Part shown: positions 25,257 to 35,036 of the stretch, in pieces
Layout: each line of letters opens with the position of its first letter
How positions within the stretch are numbered: the stretch's first letter is position 1
Assembly (NCBI GenBank): GCA_015068735.1
Contig: SVJW01000008.1
Location: 259 to 64,258, forward strand
Length of the DNA stretch: 64,000 nt
From: Oscillospiraceae bacterium
Lineage (GTDB): Bacteria; Bacillota; Clostridia; UMGS1883
Direction of reading: 5' to 3'
Made by a program: the position numbers and the translations under genes
Notes under the pieces: model-generated
What the model was told of the DNA's origin: nothing
Seen by the model: only the letters and a program-made list of their open reading frames with translations
The model's database searches: none

Positions 25257-26315
25257 TTAGTTCTGTGATGTTATTTCCATCATTTTTTCATTCCATGTTT
25301 TTATATATTCATCAATAGCTGCAGTATCCCATTCTACGTCAAGAGCTTTTGCTTCGGCAGAAATAACTTCATACAGTTTATCTTGCATCAACATAGACTT
25401 TTGTTCTTTGAATTCCTCACTTGTTTCATCATGTGCATATCTTTTTATGATATGATATCCGTAATCAGACTTTACGGCAGGATTGGTATATTCACCTTCT
25501 TTAAGAGCTATGGAAGCGTCTTCAAATTCGGGAACCATCTGTCCGTAACCACACACATAATAGTCGTTTGTTTCCATGCCGGGATCTTCGCCGTATTCAT
25601 CAACAAGCTTCTTGAAATCTTCGCCATTTTCAAGTTTTGCGAAAATTTCGTTCACTATTTTCATAGCTTCTTCATCACTTCTTGAAGGAGAGGTTCCGTC
25701 AACACTTTCTGTTGCTATAAGAATATGACGAACTCTGGGATAGTCTTTTAAGTATTCCTTAACTTCCTCATCGGGAACCGCAAATTCTCCGGCATCTTCC
25801 TCTAATTTTTCAGCAAAAAGAGCATAAATTTCATACATTTCAAAATACTTTAAGAATGCCTTTTCGGATAATTGAGCATCTTCATAGTACATTTTTTCAA
25901 ACTCTTTTTTCGTTTCAAAACTTTTTATAAGTTCGTCCAGATCTTTCTTTGCTTTATCCTTAACATCTTTTCCGGTAATTCCGAAACGTTCTTCTGCAAG
26001 TTTTGTTGCAACTGCCATCTCCTCAATTTGTGCCTGAGTTTCATTTTTTATCTGTTCGCTCAAGGTGATTCCTTCACCAAGATCTGTGTCAAGCCACTCT
26101 TCGCCAAAATACTGAGAATAAGACGCATAGTTACTGAAAACTATATAGTAATGGCAGTTATAATCCGCCTGCGAGATTTCATAATCACCTATTTTCGCCA
26201 GAATTTGTTTGTCTAAAGCGGTTTCTTTTACTTTCTTTTCTTCATCTGCACAACCTGCAACAAATGCCAGACAAAGAACCAAAGCAACCAGAATTGCTAA
26301 TATTTTTTTCATCAT
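25257..26315 (-). CDS. prsA: PpiC/parvulin-type peptidyl-prolyl isomerase lipoprotein (PrsA-like)
   Basis: The signal peptide has the lipobox LAFVAGC. The parvulin core is RVRHILI...GYGQMVPEFEDA...SDYGYHIIK. Confidence 0.8.
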   Translation of the reverse strand: MMKKILAILVALVLCLAFVAGCADEEKKVKETALDKQILAKIGDYEISQADYNCHYYIVFSNYASYSQYFGEEWLDTDLGEGITLSEQIKNETQAQIEEMAVATKLAEERFGITGKDVKDKAKKDLDELIKSFETKKEFEKMYYEDAQLSEKAFLKYFEMYEIYALFAEKLEEDAGEFAVPDEEVKEYLKDYPRVRHILIATESVDGTSPSRSDEEAMKIVNEIFAKLENGEDFKKLVDEYGEDPGMETNDYYVCGYGQMVPEFEDASIALKEGEYTNPAVKSDYGYHIIKRYAHDETSEEFKEQKSMLMQDKLYEVISAEAKALDVEWDTAAIDEYIKTWNEKMMEITSQN

Positions 26316-26352
26316 TTTATCCTCCTACTTCTAAATCAAGTAAAATTATATA

Positions 26353-29300
26353 CTATTCGTCATCGTTTTTCAAGCACTTTAATACATTATTTACACTTTC
26401 GATGAGTTTCTCTCCTTTAAGTGTTTTTTCACGAAGAAGTATATAAGGATTATCTCCTGCACCAAACAGAATTTTTCCACGGTTTTTACTTGCAAGTATT
26501 GAAACTTTTTCAACAAGTTCTTTTGTGAGAGAATGGAGTTTGAATACAATACCTGCCTCAACATGCCCGATTTCCTTGATTCCTATCGCCTCCGCAGTCG
26601 TCCTTATCATCTGTATTTCAAGAAGATTATAGGTTTCGTTGGGAATTTCGCCGTAACGGTCCTCAAAGCTTCCTTCAACAGCGTAACGGTCGTTTATATC
26701 CTGTATTCCTGCTATCTGTTTATACGCCTCAATACGAAGATTGGATGTGGGAATATAACTATCGGGAATAAACGCATTAACTTCAAGGTCAATGACCGTT
26801 TCAGCTTTCTCAGGCTTTTTGGGTTTGCCCATCGCCTCGTTCACGGCTTCTTCCAAAATTGCACAGTACATATCGTAACCTACGCTTGCCATAAATCCGT
26901 GTTGCTCGGGTCCGAGAACATTTCCCGCACCTCTTATTTCAAGGTCGCGCATAGCAATTCTGAAACCTGAACCGAATTCCGTAAATTCACGGATTGCACG
27001 AAGTCTCTTTTCTGCTACATCATCAAGAATTTTGTTTTTCCTGTAAGTAAGATATGCATAAGCAAGGCGGTTTGTTCGTCCTACTCTGCCTCGAAGCTGA
27101 TAAAGCTGACTGAGTCCAAGGGTGTCTGCATTTTCCATTATGATGGTATTTACATTGGGAATATCAAGTCCTGTTTCTATGATGGTAGTACAGATTAAGA
27201 CATCAATTTCACCGTCCTGCACCTGCATCATAACGTCGTCAAGCTCAGTTTCATTCATTTTACCGTGAGCAACACCCACCCTTACATCGGGAACAAGCCT
27301 TCTTATACGCTCTGCTACACCGTAAATACTTTCAACACGGTTGTGCAAGTAGTACACCTGCCCACCGCGGGCAACTTCACGTTCAATTGCATTTTTAACA
27401 ACAGCTTCATTATATTCAAGAACATATGTCTGCACGGGATGGCGGTCGCTGGGCGGTGCAGAAAGCACGCTCATATCACGGATACCTATCATAGCCATAT
27501 GGAGAGTTCTGGGAATGGGGGTTGCACTAAGCGTAAGAACGTCTACATTCTTTTTCATTTCCTTGATTTTCTCTTTATGAGTAACTCCGAAACGCTGTTC
27601 CTCGTCAACAATCAGGAAACCAAGTTTTTTGAATACTACATTTTTTGAAAGCAGTTTATGTGTACCTACAACTATATCACATTCACCGCTTTGAAGCATT
27701 TTAAGTGTTTTCTTTGTCTGTGTAGGAGTAGAAAATCTTGAAAGCATTCTGACGGAAATGGGGAATTCCTTCATTCTTTCCACAAAGTTCTGGTAATGCT
27801 GAGATGCAAGAATTGTAGTAGGAACAAGGTATGCCACCTGATAGCCGTCCATAACGGCCTTAAAAGCGGCACGCATTGCAACTTCCGTTTTGCCATAACC
27901 CACGTCACCGCAAAGAAGTCTGTCCATGGGTTTCACGCTTTCCATATCCTTTTTAATCTCCGCCGTACTGCGAAGCTGGTCCTCCGTTTCTTCGTAGGGG
28001 AAGAGATTTTCAAAGTCGTGTTGCCAGGGAGTGTCTTCCCCGAATGCGACGCCCTGCATCTGTGAACGCTCAGCATAAAGGGCTACAAGTTTCTGCGCCA
28101 TTTCCTCAACGCTTTGCCTTACCTTACGCTTCGCATTTGCCCATTCGTTAGAGCCGAGACGATTAAGTCTTACCATTTTATTTTCGCCGCCTGTATATTT
28201 ACTTACGGCATCAAGCTGTCCGACGGGAAGATAGAGGAAATCCTCTCCCCTGTATTCGATTTTTATATAGTCTTTTGTTACGCCACTTACCTTCATTCTT
28301 ACGATACCAAGGTATTTGCCTATACCGTGGGCGCGGTGAACAATATAATCTCCTAATTCAAGCTGGTCTGCGGTACGGATTTTTACTGTGTCTTCACTCT
28401 TCACACTGCGGCGTTTTTTCTTTTCTGCTGCAAAAATTTCCTTATCGCTTACAATGGCATAACCGTCAAGAGGATATTCAAACCCCTTGGTGATGCTCCC
28501 GGGCATAACGGTTACATATTTGTTGGAAAAAGCAGTAGGATTGTCTTCATAAGAAGCGCGTATATCTCTTTCGTCAAGCATTTCGGCAATTTTCTTCGCC
28601 CTTGACGTGCTTCCTGCAAGGATAACGGTTTTGAAACCCTCCTCGTGCCAACGCTTAACATCGGAAATGAGAAATTCTATATTCCCGCTGTAACTGCTCA
28701 TACCCTTAGCGGTAATTTCACATTCTTTTTTTATGTTCCAATCGGGACAACTTTTACCAATTGCCGAAAGGGAGACACATCCCCTTTTCTGGAGTTCTGC
28801 AGTAATATCGGTATATCTGTTTATACATTCGTAAAGCTCTGTTTTTATTCCCTTGTCAGCAAGGGTCTTTATATTTTCACTAAGTTCCCACTCTGCCGCC
28901 TTGGCACTTTCGCTCATTCGGGCAGGTTCATCAGTGAATATGATGTAATCATCCCCAATATAGGAGAGAACTGTTTCCTTGGCACTTTGCACATTCACGG
29001 GAAGGATTGTTACCTTGTCAAGTTTTTCTACGCTTATCTGCGTTTCGCAATCAAAGCTTCTGAGTGAATCAATATCATCTCCGAAAAGCTCCATTCTTAT
29101 TGGTAAAAGTGCATCAGGGCTGTATATATCCACAATACCGCCACGGATAGCAAATTGTCCTGGAAGATTTACAACATCCACCCTGACATATCCCATTTCG
29201 GTAAGCTTTTTCGGAAGAGAATCTGCATCGGTAACTCCGCCATAGGCGAAGGTCATCTGCATCGTATCAAATTCTTTTTTTGCAAGCACAAATTGGAGAA

Positions 29301-29664
29301 GCGACTCTACCGACAATACGGCATTCGCTCCCCCTGCCAAAGCACCCAATGCGGCGGCACGCTTATTTTCCGACTCATGGTTTGACGCTTCAACTTCGTA
29401 GAGAAGCACCTCTTTAGGCGGAATGTATACGCACTCATTTTCAAAAAAGAAACCTAAGTCATCGCACAGTCTTCTCGCCTGAATGTCATTGTGTGTAATG
29501 ACCAAAGCGCGCTTCCCCATTTTTTCACAGATGGCGTTTATAAGGTGCGCTTTCTGAGCATCTGCTGTACCGCTGACCATAATCGGCATACTTTTCTTTT
29601 CTATATGGGCAATTATTTCATTAAACTGTTTTGAATTGTCAAGTAAACTGCTAAAAACGTTCAT
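26353..29664 (-). CDS. mfd: transcription-repair coupling factor Mfd
   Basis: 1103 aa. It has a CarD-like domain (GDYIVHRAHGIGKY), helicase motifs GDVGYGKTEVA and DEEQRFG, and a TRG region. Confidence 0.97.
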   Translation of the reverse strand: MNVFSSLLDNSKQFNEIIAHIEKKSMPIMVSGTADAQKAHLINAICEKMGKRALVITHNDIQARRLCDDLGFFFENECVYIPPKEVLLYEVEASNHESENKRAAALGALAGGANAVLSVESLLQFVLAKKEFDTMQMTFAYGGVTDADSLPKKLTEMGYVRVDVVNLPGQFAIRGGIVDIYSPDALLPIRMELFGDDIDSLRSFDCETQISVEKLDKVTILPVNVQSAKETVLSYIGDDYIIFTDEPARMSESAKAAEWELSENIKTLADKGIKTELYECINRYTDITAELQKRGCVSLSAIGKSCPDWNIKKECEITAKGMSSYSGNIEFLISDVKRWHEEGFKTVILAGSTSRAKKIAEMLDERDIRASYEDNPTAFSNKYVTVMPGSITKGFEYPLDGYAIVSDKEIFAAEKKKRRSVKSEDTVKIRTADQLELGDYIVHRAHGIGKYLGIVRMKVSGVTKDYIKIEYRGEDFLYLPVGQLDAVSKYTGGENKMVRLNRLGSNEWANAKRKVRQSVEEMAQKLVALYAERSQMQGVAFGEDTPWQHDFENLFPYEETEDQLRSTAEIKKDMESVKPMDRLLCGDVGYGKTEVAMRAAFKAVMDGYQVAYLVPTTILASQHYQNFVERMKEFPISVRMLSRFSTPTQTKKTLKMLQSGECDIVVGTHKLLSKNVVFKKLGFLIVDEEQRFGVTHKEKIKEMKKNVDVLTLSATPIPRTLHMAMIGIRDMSVLSAPPSDRHPVQTYVLEYNEAVVKNAIEREVARGGQVYYLHNRVESIYGVAERIRRLVPDVRVGVAHGKMNETELDDVMMQVQDGEIDVLICTTIIETGLDIPNVNTIIMENADTLGLSQLYQLRGRVGRTNRLAYAYLTYRKNKILDDVAEKRLRAIREFTEFGSGFRIAMRDLEIRGAGNVLGPEQHGFMASVGYDMYCAILEEAVNEAMGKPKKPEKAETVIDLEVNAFIPDSYIPTSNLRIEAYKQIAGIQDINDRYAVEGSFEDRYGEIPNETYNLLEIQMIRTTAEAIGIKEIGHVEAGIVFKLHSLTKELVEKVSILASKNRGKILFGAGDNPYILLREKTLKGEKLIESVNNVLKCLKNDDE

Positions 29665-29668
29665 ACAA

Positions 29669-30232
29669 TCACAGCACCTTGTTATTAAATCGGCTCATTG
29701 CCTCCGATACTCCCATCTTGATAATGACGGATAAAATGTCTTCAATCTTCTTAATGGCTCGTGTAACAGCTACACCGTCTTCCTCGTTAAATCGTCCGAG
29801 AACATGATCGGAAAGATCGTGCTGGGGTGCGCCTACGCCGAAACGAACTCTGGGAAATTCGTCGGAATTGAGAAGGTAGATAATGTTTTTCATTCCATTA
29901 TGTCCGCCTGCACTACCGCTGGGACGAATACGGACTTTACCAACATCAAGCGTTACATCATCGTATATTACAATTATATTTTCAGGCTCTATTTTATAGA
30001 AATCAGCGACTTCTTTTACACTTTGTCCGCTGAGATTCATAAATGTTTGCGGCTTTAAGAATATGCACTTCTCCGTTCCTATGAATCCTTCTCCACAGAT
30101 ACCCTTGAACTTGAGCTTAGTCATATTTACACCAAGCTCCTGTGTAAGATAGTCTATGGCCACAAAGCCCACATTATGCCTTGTCTTTTCATATTCACGC
30201 CCGGGGTTTCCCAGTCCGACTATAAGATACAT
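29669..30232 (-). CDS. pth: peptidyl-tRNA hydrolase
   Basis: Motifs MYLIVGLGNPG..Y..TRHNVGF and GSAGGHNG. Confidence 0.97.
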   Translation of the reverse strand: MYLIVGLGNPGREYEKTRHNVGFVAIDYLTQELGVNMTKLKFKGICGEGFIGTEKCIFLKPQTFMNLSGQSVKEVADFYKIEPENIIVIYDDVTLDVGKVRIRPSGSAGGHNGMKNIIYLLNSDEFPRVRFGVGAPQHDLSDHVLGRFNEEDGVAVTRAIKKIEDILSVIIKMGVSEAMSRFNNKVL

Positions 30233-30323
30233 CGCTTATTCTCCTTTTTTTGTATACCTCACAATGCCGCCACGGCTAATCCGGGGCGGCATTGTATATG
30301 TATTGTATTCTGATTTTTTTAAA

Positions 30324-31280
30324 TTATGTAAAGAGAGGGCTTACGGAAACGTCTTCGTAAATACGTTCAATAGCTTCAGCAAAGATAGGCGCAACGCTCA
30401 GAATCTTTGTCTTCTTCATAATCTTTTCCGGAGGAAGCTCAATTGTATTAAGACATACAAGTTCCTTAATGGGGCTTCCCTCAAGTCTTTCAATTGCAGG
30501 GCCACTGAGTACGGGATGTGTACAGCAAGCATAAACTTCTGTTGCACCGCGGTCAACAAGTGCCTGCGCTGCATGAACGATTGTACCTGCAGTATCAATC
30601 ATATCGTCAACAAGGATAACTTTCTTTCCCTTGATCTCACCGATGATATTCATAACCTCACTAACATTGGGCTTCGGACGACGCTTATCAACAATTGCAA
30701 TCGGAACATTAAGTTTCTGTGCAAAGTTTCTTGCACGTGTAACACTACCGAAGTCGGGAGATACTACTACTATATCATCAAGCTCGTCCTTGAACTTTTC
30801 AAGGAAGTAAGGAGCAAGAATCGGCACACCGAGAAGATGGTCAACAGGGATATTGAAGAAGCCCTGAATCTGTGCAGCGTGAAGATCCATTGTAAGAACT
30901 CTGTCTGCACCTGCTTCTGCAATAAGGTCTGCAACAAGCTTTGCACTGATCGGATCTCTTGCCTTCGCCTTTCTGTCTTGACGAGCATATCCGAAATAAG
31001 GCATTACTGCGGTAATTCTACCTGCAGATGCTCTCTTGAACGCATCAATCATAATGAGCATTTCCATAAGATTGTCGTTCACAGGAGCGCTTGTAGACTG
31101 AACTACGAAAACATCACTGCCTCGAACTGTTTCACCGATGTTTACAAAAATTTCGCCATCAGAGAAAAGTCCTACTTTAGACTCTCCTAAGGTTACATTC
31201 AATTTCTGAGCGATTTCTTCTGCAAGCTTAGGATTTGAATTTGCTGCAAAAATCTTGATGTTTTTTCCGTGTGTTATCAT
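30324..31280 (-). CDS. prs: ribose-phosphate pyrophosphokinase
   Basis: Motifs [20 protein letters not shown] and [12 protein letters not shown]. Confidence 0.97.
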   Translation of the reverse strand: MITHGKNIKIFAANSNPKLAEEIAQKLNVTLGESKVGLFSDGEIFVNIGETVRGSDVFVVQSTSAPVNDNLMEMLIMIDAFKRASAGRITAVMPYFGYARQDRKAKARDPISAKLVADLIAEAGADRVLTMDLHAAQIQGFFNIPVDHLLGVPILAPYFLEKFKDELDDIVVVSPDFGSVTRARNFAQKLNVPIAIVDKRRPKPNVSEVMNIIGEIKGKKVILVDDMIDTAGTIVHAAQALVDRGATEVYACCTHPVLSGPAIERLEGSPIKELVCLNTIELPPEKIMKKTKILSVAPIFAEAIERIYEDVSVSPLFT

Positions 31281-31391
31281 TTTGACATTCCTCCGTATGT
31301 ATATAAAAATTAAATTTATTACCTATTCCTTACTTTTTCACCCGTAAACGCAAAAAAACATATTATAGTTTTAGGAACTCAATATAAGTCG

Positions 31392-31416
31392 AAAAGGCAA
31401 GCAACAAGGCTTGCCC
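31392..31416 (-). terminator. intrinsic terminator after spoVG
   Basis: On the minus strand: gggcaagcc, loop ttgtt, then gcttgcc, followed by TTTTC. Confidence 0.65.
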
Positions 31417-31424
31417 GTTAAACT

Positions 31425-31706
31425 TTACTCCTCTGAGCTTTCGGGTTCAGATGCGAGAAACTCTTCATATTTTGCAAGAATTGCATTCTGAAGTTCTTCG
31501 CGCATATCTGATGTGATTGGGTGTACAATATCTCTGTATGTACCGTCTGCAGACTTTCTGCTGGGCATTGCTGCAAAAAGTTTTTCTTTTCCTTCTATAA
31601 CCTTGATGTCATGCACTACAAAGACATCATCAAAGGTAACAGAGACAACAGCCTTCATTTTTCCTTCCTGTGAAACTTTTCTCACTTTAATGTCTGTGAT
31701 TTGCAT
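31425..31706 (-). CDS. spoVG: septation/sporulation protein SpoVG
   Basis: [11 protein letters not shown]...[19 protein letters not shown]...FAAMPSRK...YRDIVHPI. The start at 31706 follows a GGAGGGA SD, and the longer track ORF adds an unlikely N-extension. Confidence 0.93.
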   Translation of the reverse strand: MQITDIKVRKVSQEGKMKAVVSVTFDDVFVVHDIKVIEGKEKLFAAMPSRKSADGTYRDIVHPITSDMREELQNAILAKYEEFLASEPESSEE

Positions 31707-31854
31707 ACTTTTTCCCTCCGAAAATGAATTTTTTATAATTTTTTTCATTTTTCTATTGATTTTTTTCTCTATAATGTATAATATCAAATAATAATAACTA
31801 TTTCAACAAAAAAATGAAATTTTTTGCTATTTTCCAACTTTTATATAAAGGCGA

Positions 31855-33237
31855 GTGATTTTTTTGAGCAATATTACCATTAAAAAAGGTATGCGCATAT
31901 ATTTAATAGGCATCGGCGGAGTGAGTATGTCAGGAATTGCGCAGATGCTTAATAAAGAAGGTTGTATCGTTTCAGGTTCTGACAGAAGTGCTTCCGCTTT
32001 AACGGAAAAACTTGTTTCCATGGGAATAACTGTTCATTTAGGACATGATGCTGATAATGTAAAGGATTGTGATCTGGTTGTTTACAGTGCCGCAATCGGT
32101 GAAAACAATCCCGAGAGAGTTCGTGCCCGTGAACTTGGAATTAAAGAAGTTGACCGTGCAGAAATGCTGGGTGCAATAATGAAGGAATATGAATGTCCTA
32201 TTGCCATCAGCGGTACTCACGGAAAGACTACAACTTCAGGTATGCTTACTCATATTTTTATGGAATGCGGAAAGAATCCAACAGTTACAGTTGGCGGTGA
32301 ACTTGATATAATCCGCGGAAACGTTCACCTCGGTGACAAAAAGTTCTTTATTGCTGAAGCGTGTGAATACCATCAGAGTTTCCTTCGTTTCTTCCCCAAG
32401 ATTTCCGTCATTACAAATATTGAAGCTGATCATCTTGACTATTTCCGCGATCTTGACCACATCATTGAAACTTTCCGTTCTCTTGCACTTCTCACTCCCG
32501 AGGACGGTGCTCTCATCATAAATGCAGAGGATAAAAACATATTAAAAGCGATTGAAGGTATTGACCGAGAAATCATTACTTTCGGTATCCACGGAAATTT
32601 TGATTACACCATTGATAACATGACGCATAACGGATATAATCATTACACTTTCACAGTATGTAAAAAAGGCAATCCTGTAGGCGAAATAAGGCTGTCCGTT
32701 CCCGGCGTGCATAATGTGTATGACGCACTTGCTGCGTTTGCAACTGCTGACTATCTGGGGCTTGACACAGACAATGTGTGCGATTCACTTTACCGATTTG
32801 GAGGTACACACAGGCGCTTTGAAACACGCGGTATTATGGGCGGTATTATGATTGTAGACGACTATGCTCATCATCCCACAGAAATCAAGGCAACACTTTC
32901 CGCTGCTAAAGATATGAAGTACGAAAATATCTGGTGTCTTTTCCAGCCCCATACTTATACAAGAACATATAACTTCTTTGATGACTTTGTAAAGGTGCTT
33001 TCCGAAAGCGGAGCAAATATCATAATTACCGATATTTATGCTGCTCGTGAAGCTGATACAGGTCTTGTTTCGGCACATCAGCTTGCCAACGCAATTCCTA
33101 ATGCCGTTTACAAAAAAACCTTTGAAGAAGCCGCCCAGTTTATTAAGTCACAGGCAAAACGCGGTGATATTGTTATAACAATGGGTGCGGGCGATGTTTA
33201 CAAAGTCGGAGATATATTATTATCTGATAACGAATAA
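31855..33237 (+). CDS. murC: UDP-N-acetylmuramate--L-alanine ligase
   Basis: Motifs IGIGGVSMSGIA, GTHGKTTTS and DDYAHHPTEI. The true start is uncertain and could be 31855 (GTG), 31864 (TTG) or 31891 (ATG). Confidence 0.93.
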   Translation: MIFLSNITIKKGMRIYLIGIGGVSMSGIAQMLNKEGCIVSGSDRSASALTEKLVSMGITVHLGHDADNVKDCDLVVYSAAIGENNPERVRARELGIKEVDRAEMLGAIMKEYECPIAISGTHGKTTTSGMLTHIFMECGKNPTVTVGGELDIIRGNVHLGDKKFFIAEACEYHQSFLRFFPKISVITNIEADHLDYFRDLDHIIETFRSLALLTPEDGALIINAEDKNILKAIEGIDREIITFGIHGNFDYTIDNMTHNGYNHYTFTVCKKGNPVGEIRLSVPGVHNVYDALAAFATADYLGLDTDNVCDSLYRFGGTHRRFETRGIMGGIMIVDDYAHHPTEIKATLSAAKDMKYENIWCLFQPHTYTRTYNFFDDFVKVLSESGANIIITDIYAAREADTGLVSAHQLANAIPNAVYKKTFEEAAQFIKSQAKRGDIVITMGAGDVYKVGDILLSDNE

Positions 33238-33240
33238 CAG

Positions 33241-33287
33241 AAAAAAGAGATGTAAAAAACCTGAGTTTTTTACATCTCCTTTTTTTA
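33241..33287. terminator. bidirectional intrinsic terminator
   Basis: A 13-bp stem pairs gagatgtaaaaaa (33247-33259) with ttttttacatctc (33266-33278), flanked by an A6 run and a T7 run. Confidence 0.8.
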
Positions 33288-33710
33288 TTTCTTAATATCT
33301 TTTGCTATTTTTGAGTTTTTCTTTTTCGTCTGCTCCACAATTTTCTTTTCAGCCTTAACGGTTTTCTTTGCCGCAGTTTTTTTGGCAGGAGCTTTTATAT
33401 AAGACAGTATTTCAAACGCTGCATTTATATTTCCCTCAATATTGAAAGATCCTTTTTGAAAACTTTCTGCAGGGTTTTCTTCCCCACTTACGATTTTCAC
33501 CAATTCTTCACCGGTTATCAATACCTTAGCGTCTCTGTCGTAATATTCATATGGCTCAACTTTGGCAATTCCATCTTTTACTTCAACATAAAAAGCGCCC
33601 TCGCCCTCACCAAGTATATTAAATTCTACCGCCGTATGATTTTTACTTTCCTTTGCAGCTGTTTTCTTTAAATTCTTCTCTACATAACTTACAATTTCTT
33701 CGTAAACCAT
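33285..33710 (-). CDS. SCP2 sterol-carrier-like domain protein with a Lys/Ala-rich C-terminal tail
   Basis: The pattern AVEFNILGEGEGAFYVEVKDGIAKVEPYEYYDRDAKVLITGEELVKIVSGE...NINAA is SCP2-like. The tail is APAKKTAAKKTVKAEKKIVEQTKKKNSKIAKDIKK. Confidence 0.6.
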   Translation of the reverse strand: MVYEEIVSYVEKNLKKTAAKESKNHTAVEFNILGEGEGAFYVEVKDGIAKVEPYEYYDRDAKVLITGEELVKIVSGEENPAESFQKGSFNIEGNINAAFEILSYIKAPAKKTAAKKTVKAEKKIVEQTKKKNSKIAKDIKK

Positions 33711-33851
33711 TTCTATACCTCCTTAATCATATATCTATATTATGCCGTTTTCCTCACAAAAATTCAACGCAGATAAACATCTGTTTTTATGTTTTTTTGG
33801 CACTTTTTATCATATTAAGTTATGCTTTTTTAATAATTAGTTTCAAAACTA

Positions 33852-33880
33852 TTGAAAAAAATATTTTTTAAGCGTATAAT
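33852..33880 (+). promoter_or_regulatory. sigma-A type promoter of the lipid kinase gene
   Basis: TTGAAA (33852-33857), a 17-nt spacer, then TATAAT (33875-33880). Confidence 0.55.
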
Positions 33881-33918
33881 GGTGGTGCATAATAATCATA
33901 ACAAGGAGAACTCGCTTT

Positions 33919-34812
33919 ATGGAGAGAAAACTTCTACTTATATACAATCCGGTAAGCGGCAAGGGAAATATCAAATCCCACCTTACTGATATTATTGATA
34001 TTTATACTGAAAAAGACTTTACGATTACATTGCACCCCACCAAGTGTTCAAAAGACGGATACGAATACATAAAAGAACATGGCATAGAATATGAAATTAT
34101 TTCTGTATGCGGCGGAGACGGTATGCTCAATGAAGCTGTAAGCGCCCTGATGACTTTACCCCAGGAAAAAAGACCGACGGTTGCATATCTCCCCACCGGC
34201 AGTACAAATGACTTTGCCGGAACGATAGGAATTCCTACAGACGTGAAACGTGCCGCTAAAATGGTTATGGAAGGAACGCCCTTTTTCTGTGATGTAGGAC
34301 AACTGAATGATAAATACTTTGCATACATAGCAGCTTTTGGCTTATTTACTTCCGTGTCATATGATACATCTCAGGATTTTAAAAACCTGTTTGGTCACTT
34401 AGCGTATATTATCAGCGGAATACGTCAGCTTGCAGCAATCAAAGAGTATCATTTCAAGATAAGTTTCGATGACAAAGTATTTGAGGATGATTTTATTTTT
34501 GGTATGGTTACTAATTCTCTCCAAGTAGGAGGAATTAAAAATAATTTTTCTACTGCGATATCCTTAAATGATGGGCTATTTGAAGTTTTGTTGGTAAAAA
34601 AGCCTAAAAATGCCTCCGGATATCAGAAACTGGCAAAAGCCTTTCTTTCTCAGGATATTGAAAAAAGCAATGATATCATCAGTTTCAAAGCATCTAAAAT
34701 CAAATTTGAAAGTGAACTTGAGTTGCCGTGGACCGTGGATGGAGAATTTGGCGGAAACATAACATGCGCTGACATCAGCCTTTTGCCAAAAGGTTTTGCC
34801 GTTATGGTGTAA
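33919..34812 (+). CDS. diacylglycerol kinase-family lipid kinase (YegS/DagK/BmrU type)
   Basis: Motifs LLIYNPVSGKG, VCGGDGMLNE and LPTGSTNDFA. Confidence 0.85.
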   Translation: MERKLLLIYNPVSGKGNIKSHLTDIIDIYTEKDFTITLHPTKCSKDGYEYIKEHGIEYEIISVCGGDGMLNEAVSALMTLPQEKRPTVAYLPTGSTNDFAGTIGIPTDVKRAAKMVMEGTPFFCDVGQLNDKYFAYIAAFGLFTSVSYDTSQDFKNLFGHLAYIISGIRQLAAIKEYHFKISFDDKVFEDDFIFGMVTNSLQVGGIKNNFSTAISLNDGLFEVLLVKKPKNASGYQKLAKAFLSQDIEKSNDIISFKASKIKFESELELPWTVDGEFGGNITCADISLLPKGFAVMV

Positions 34813-34830
34813 AAAGGATGACAAGCTCAT

Positions 34831-34941
34831 CCTTTCGCTCGCGCGGCACTCACCGTGCCAGCCCTTGTATGGTGTTAAAAACGAGGTACACCCCCCGATT
34901 TTAACGAATCATAAGTTACGGGGAGCCCCCTTAACAATCCC
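34831..34941 (+). repeat. modular intergenic repeat, copy A (modules A-B-C)
   Basis: 34831-34854 is the exact reverse complement of 47043-47066 (24 nt). 34873-34907 matches rc 46886-46921 with 1 mismatch and 1 indel. 34927-34941 is the exact rc of 46853-46867. Confidence 0.85.
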
Positions 34942-35036
34942 CTTCAGAAAAATAACCGATACGCTAATTTACGCAATTTCATATACGGCAAAAAAGCGAG
35001 AAGCTTTCCAAAAGCTTCTCGCTTATATTTTTGTGT

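Noticed and set aside
25080-25268. 62-aa plus-strand ORF
   Set aside because: It overlaps the FMN riboswitch on the opposite strand, and the conserved RFN sequence explains the region.
30261-30295. GC-rich 11-bp hairpin between prs and pth as a possible regulatory RNA
   Set aside because: It is a simple stem with no following U-tract and no recognisable riboswitch core. It is most likely an mRNA processing or stability element or a weak terminator, and nothing further can be supported.
30315-30336. dif-like XerD arm (ATTATGTAAAG resembles TTATGTAAACT of the B. subtilis dif site)
   Set aside because: Only the right half-site matches and the left arm and spacer do not. The sequence is simply the last codons and stop of prs on the minus strand.
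30156-31190. 344-aa plus-strand ORF
   Set aside because: It lies entirely antisense to the well-supported prs gene. It is Cys/Asn-rich with low-complexity composition typical of a shadow frame in AT-rich DNA, and it has no SD.
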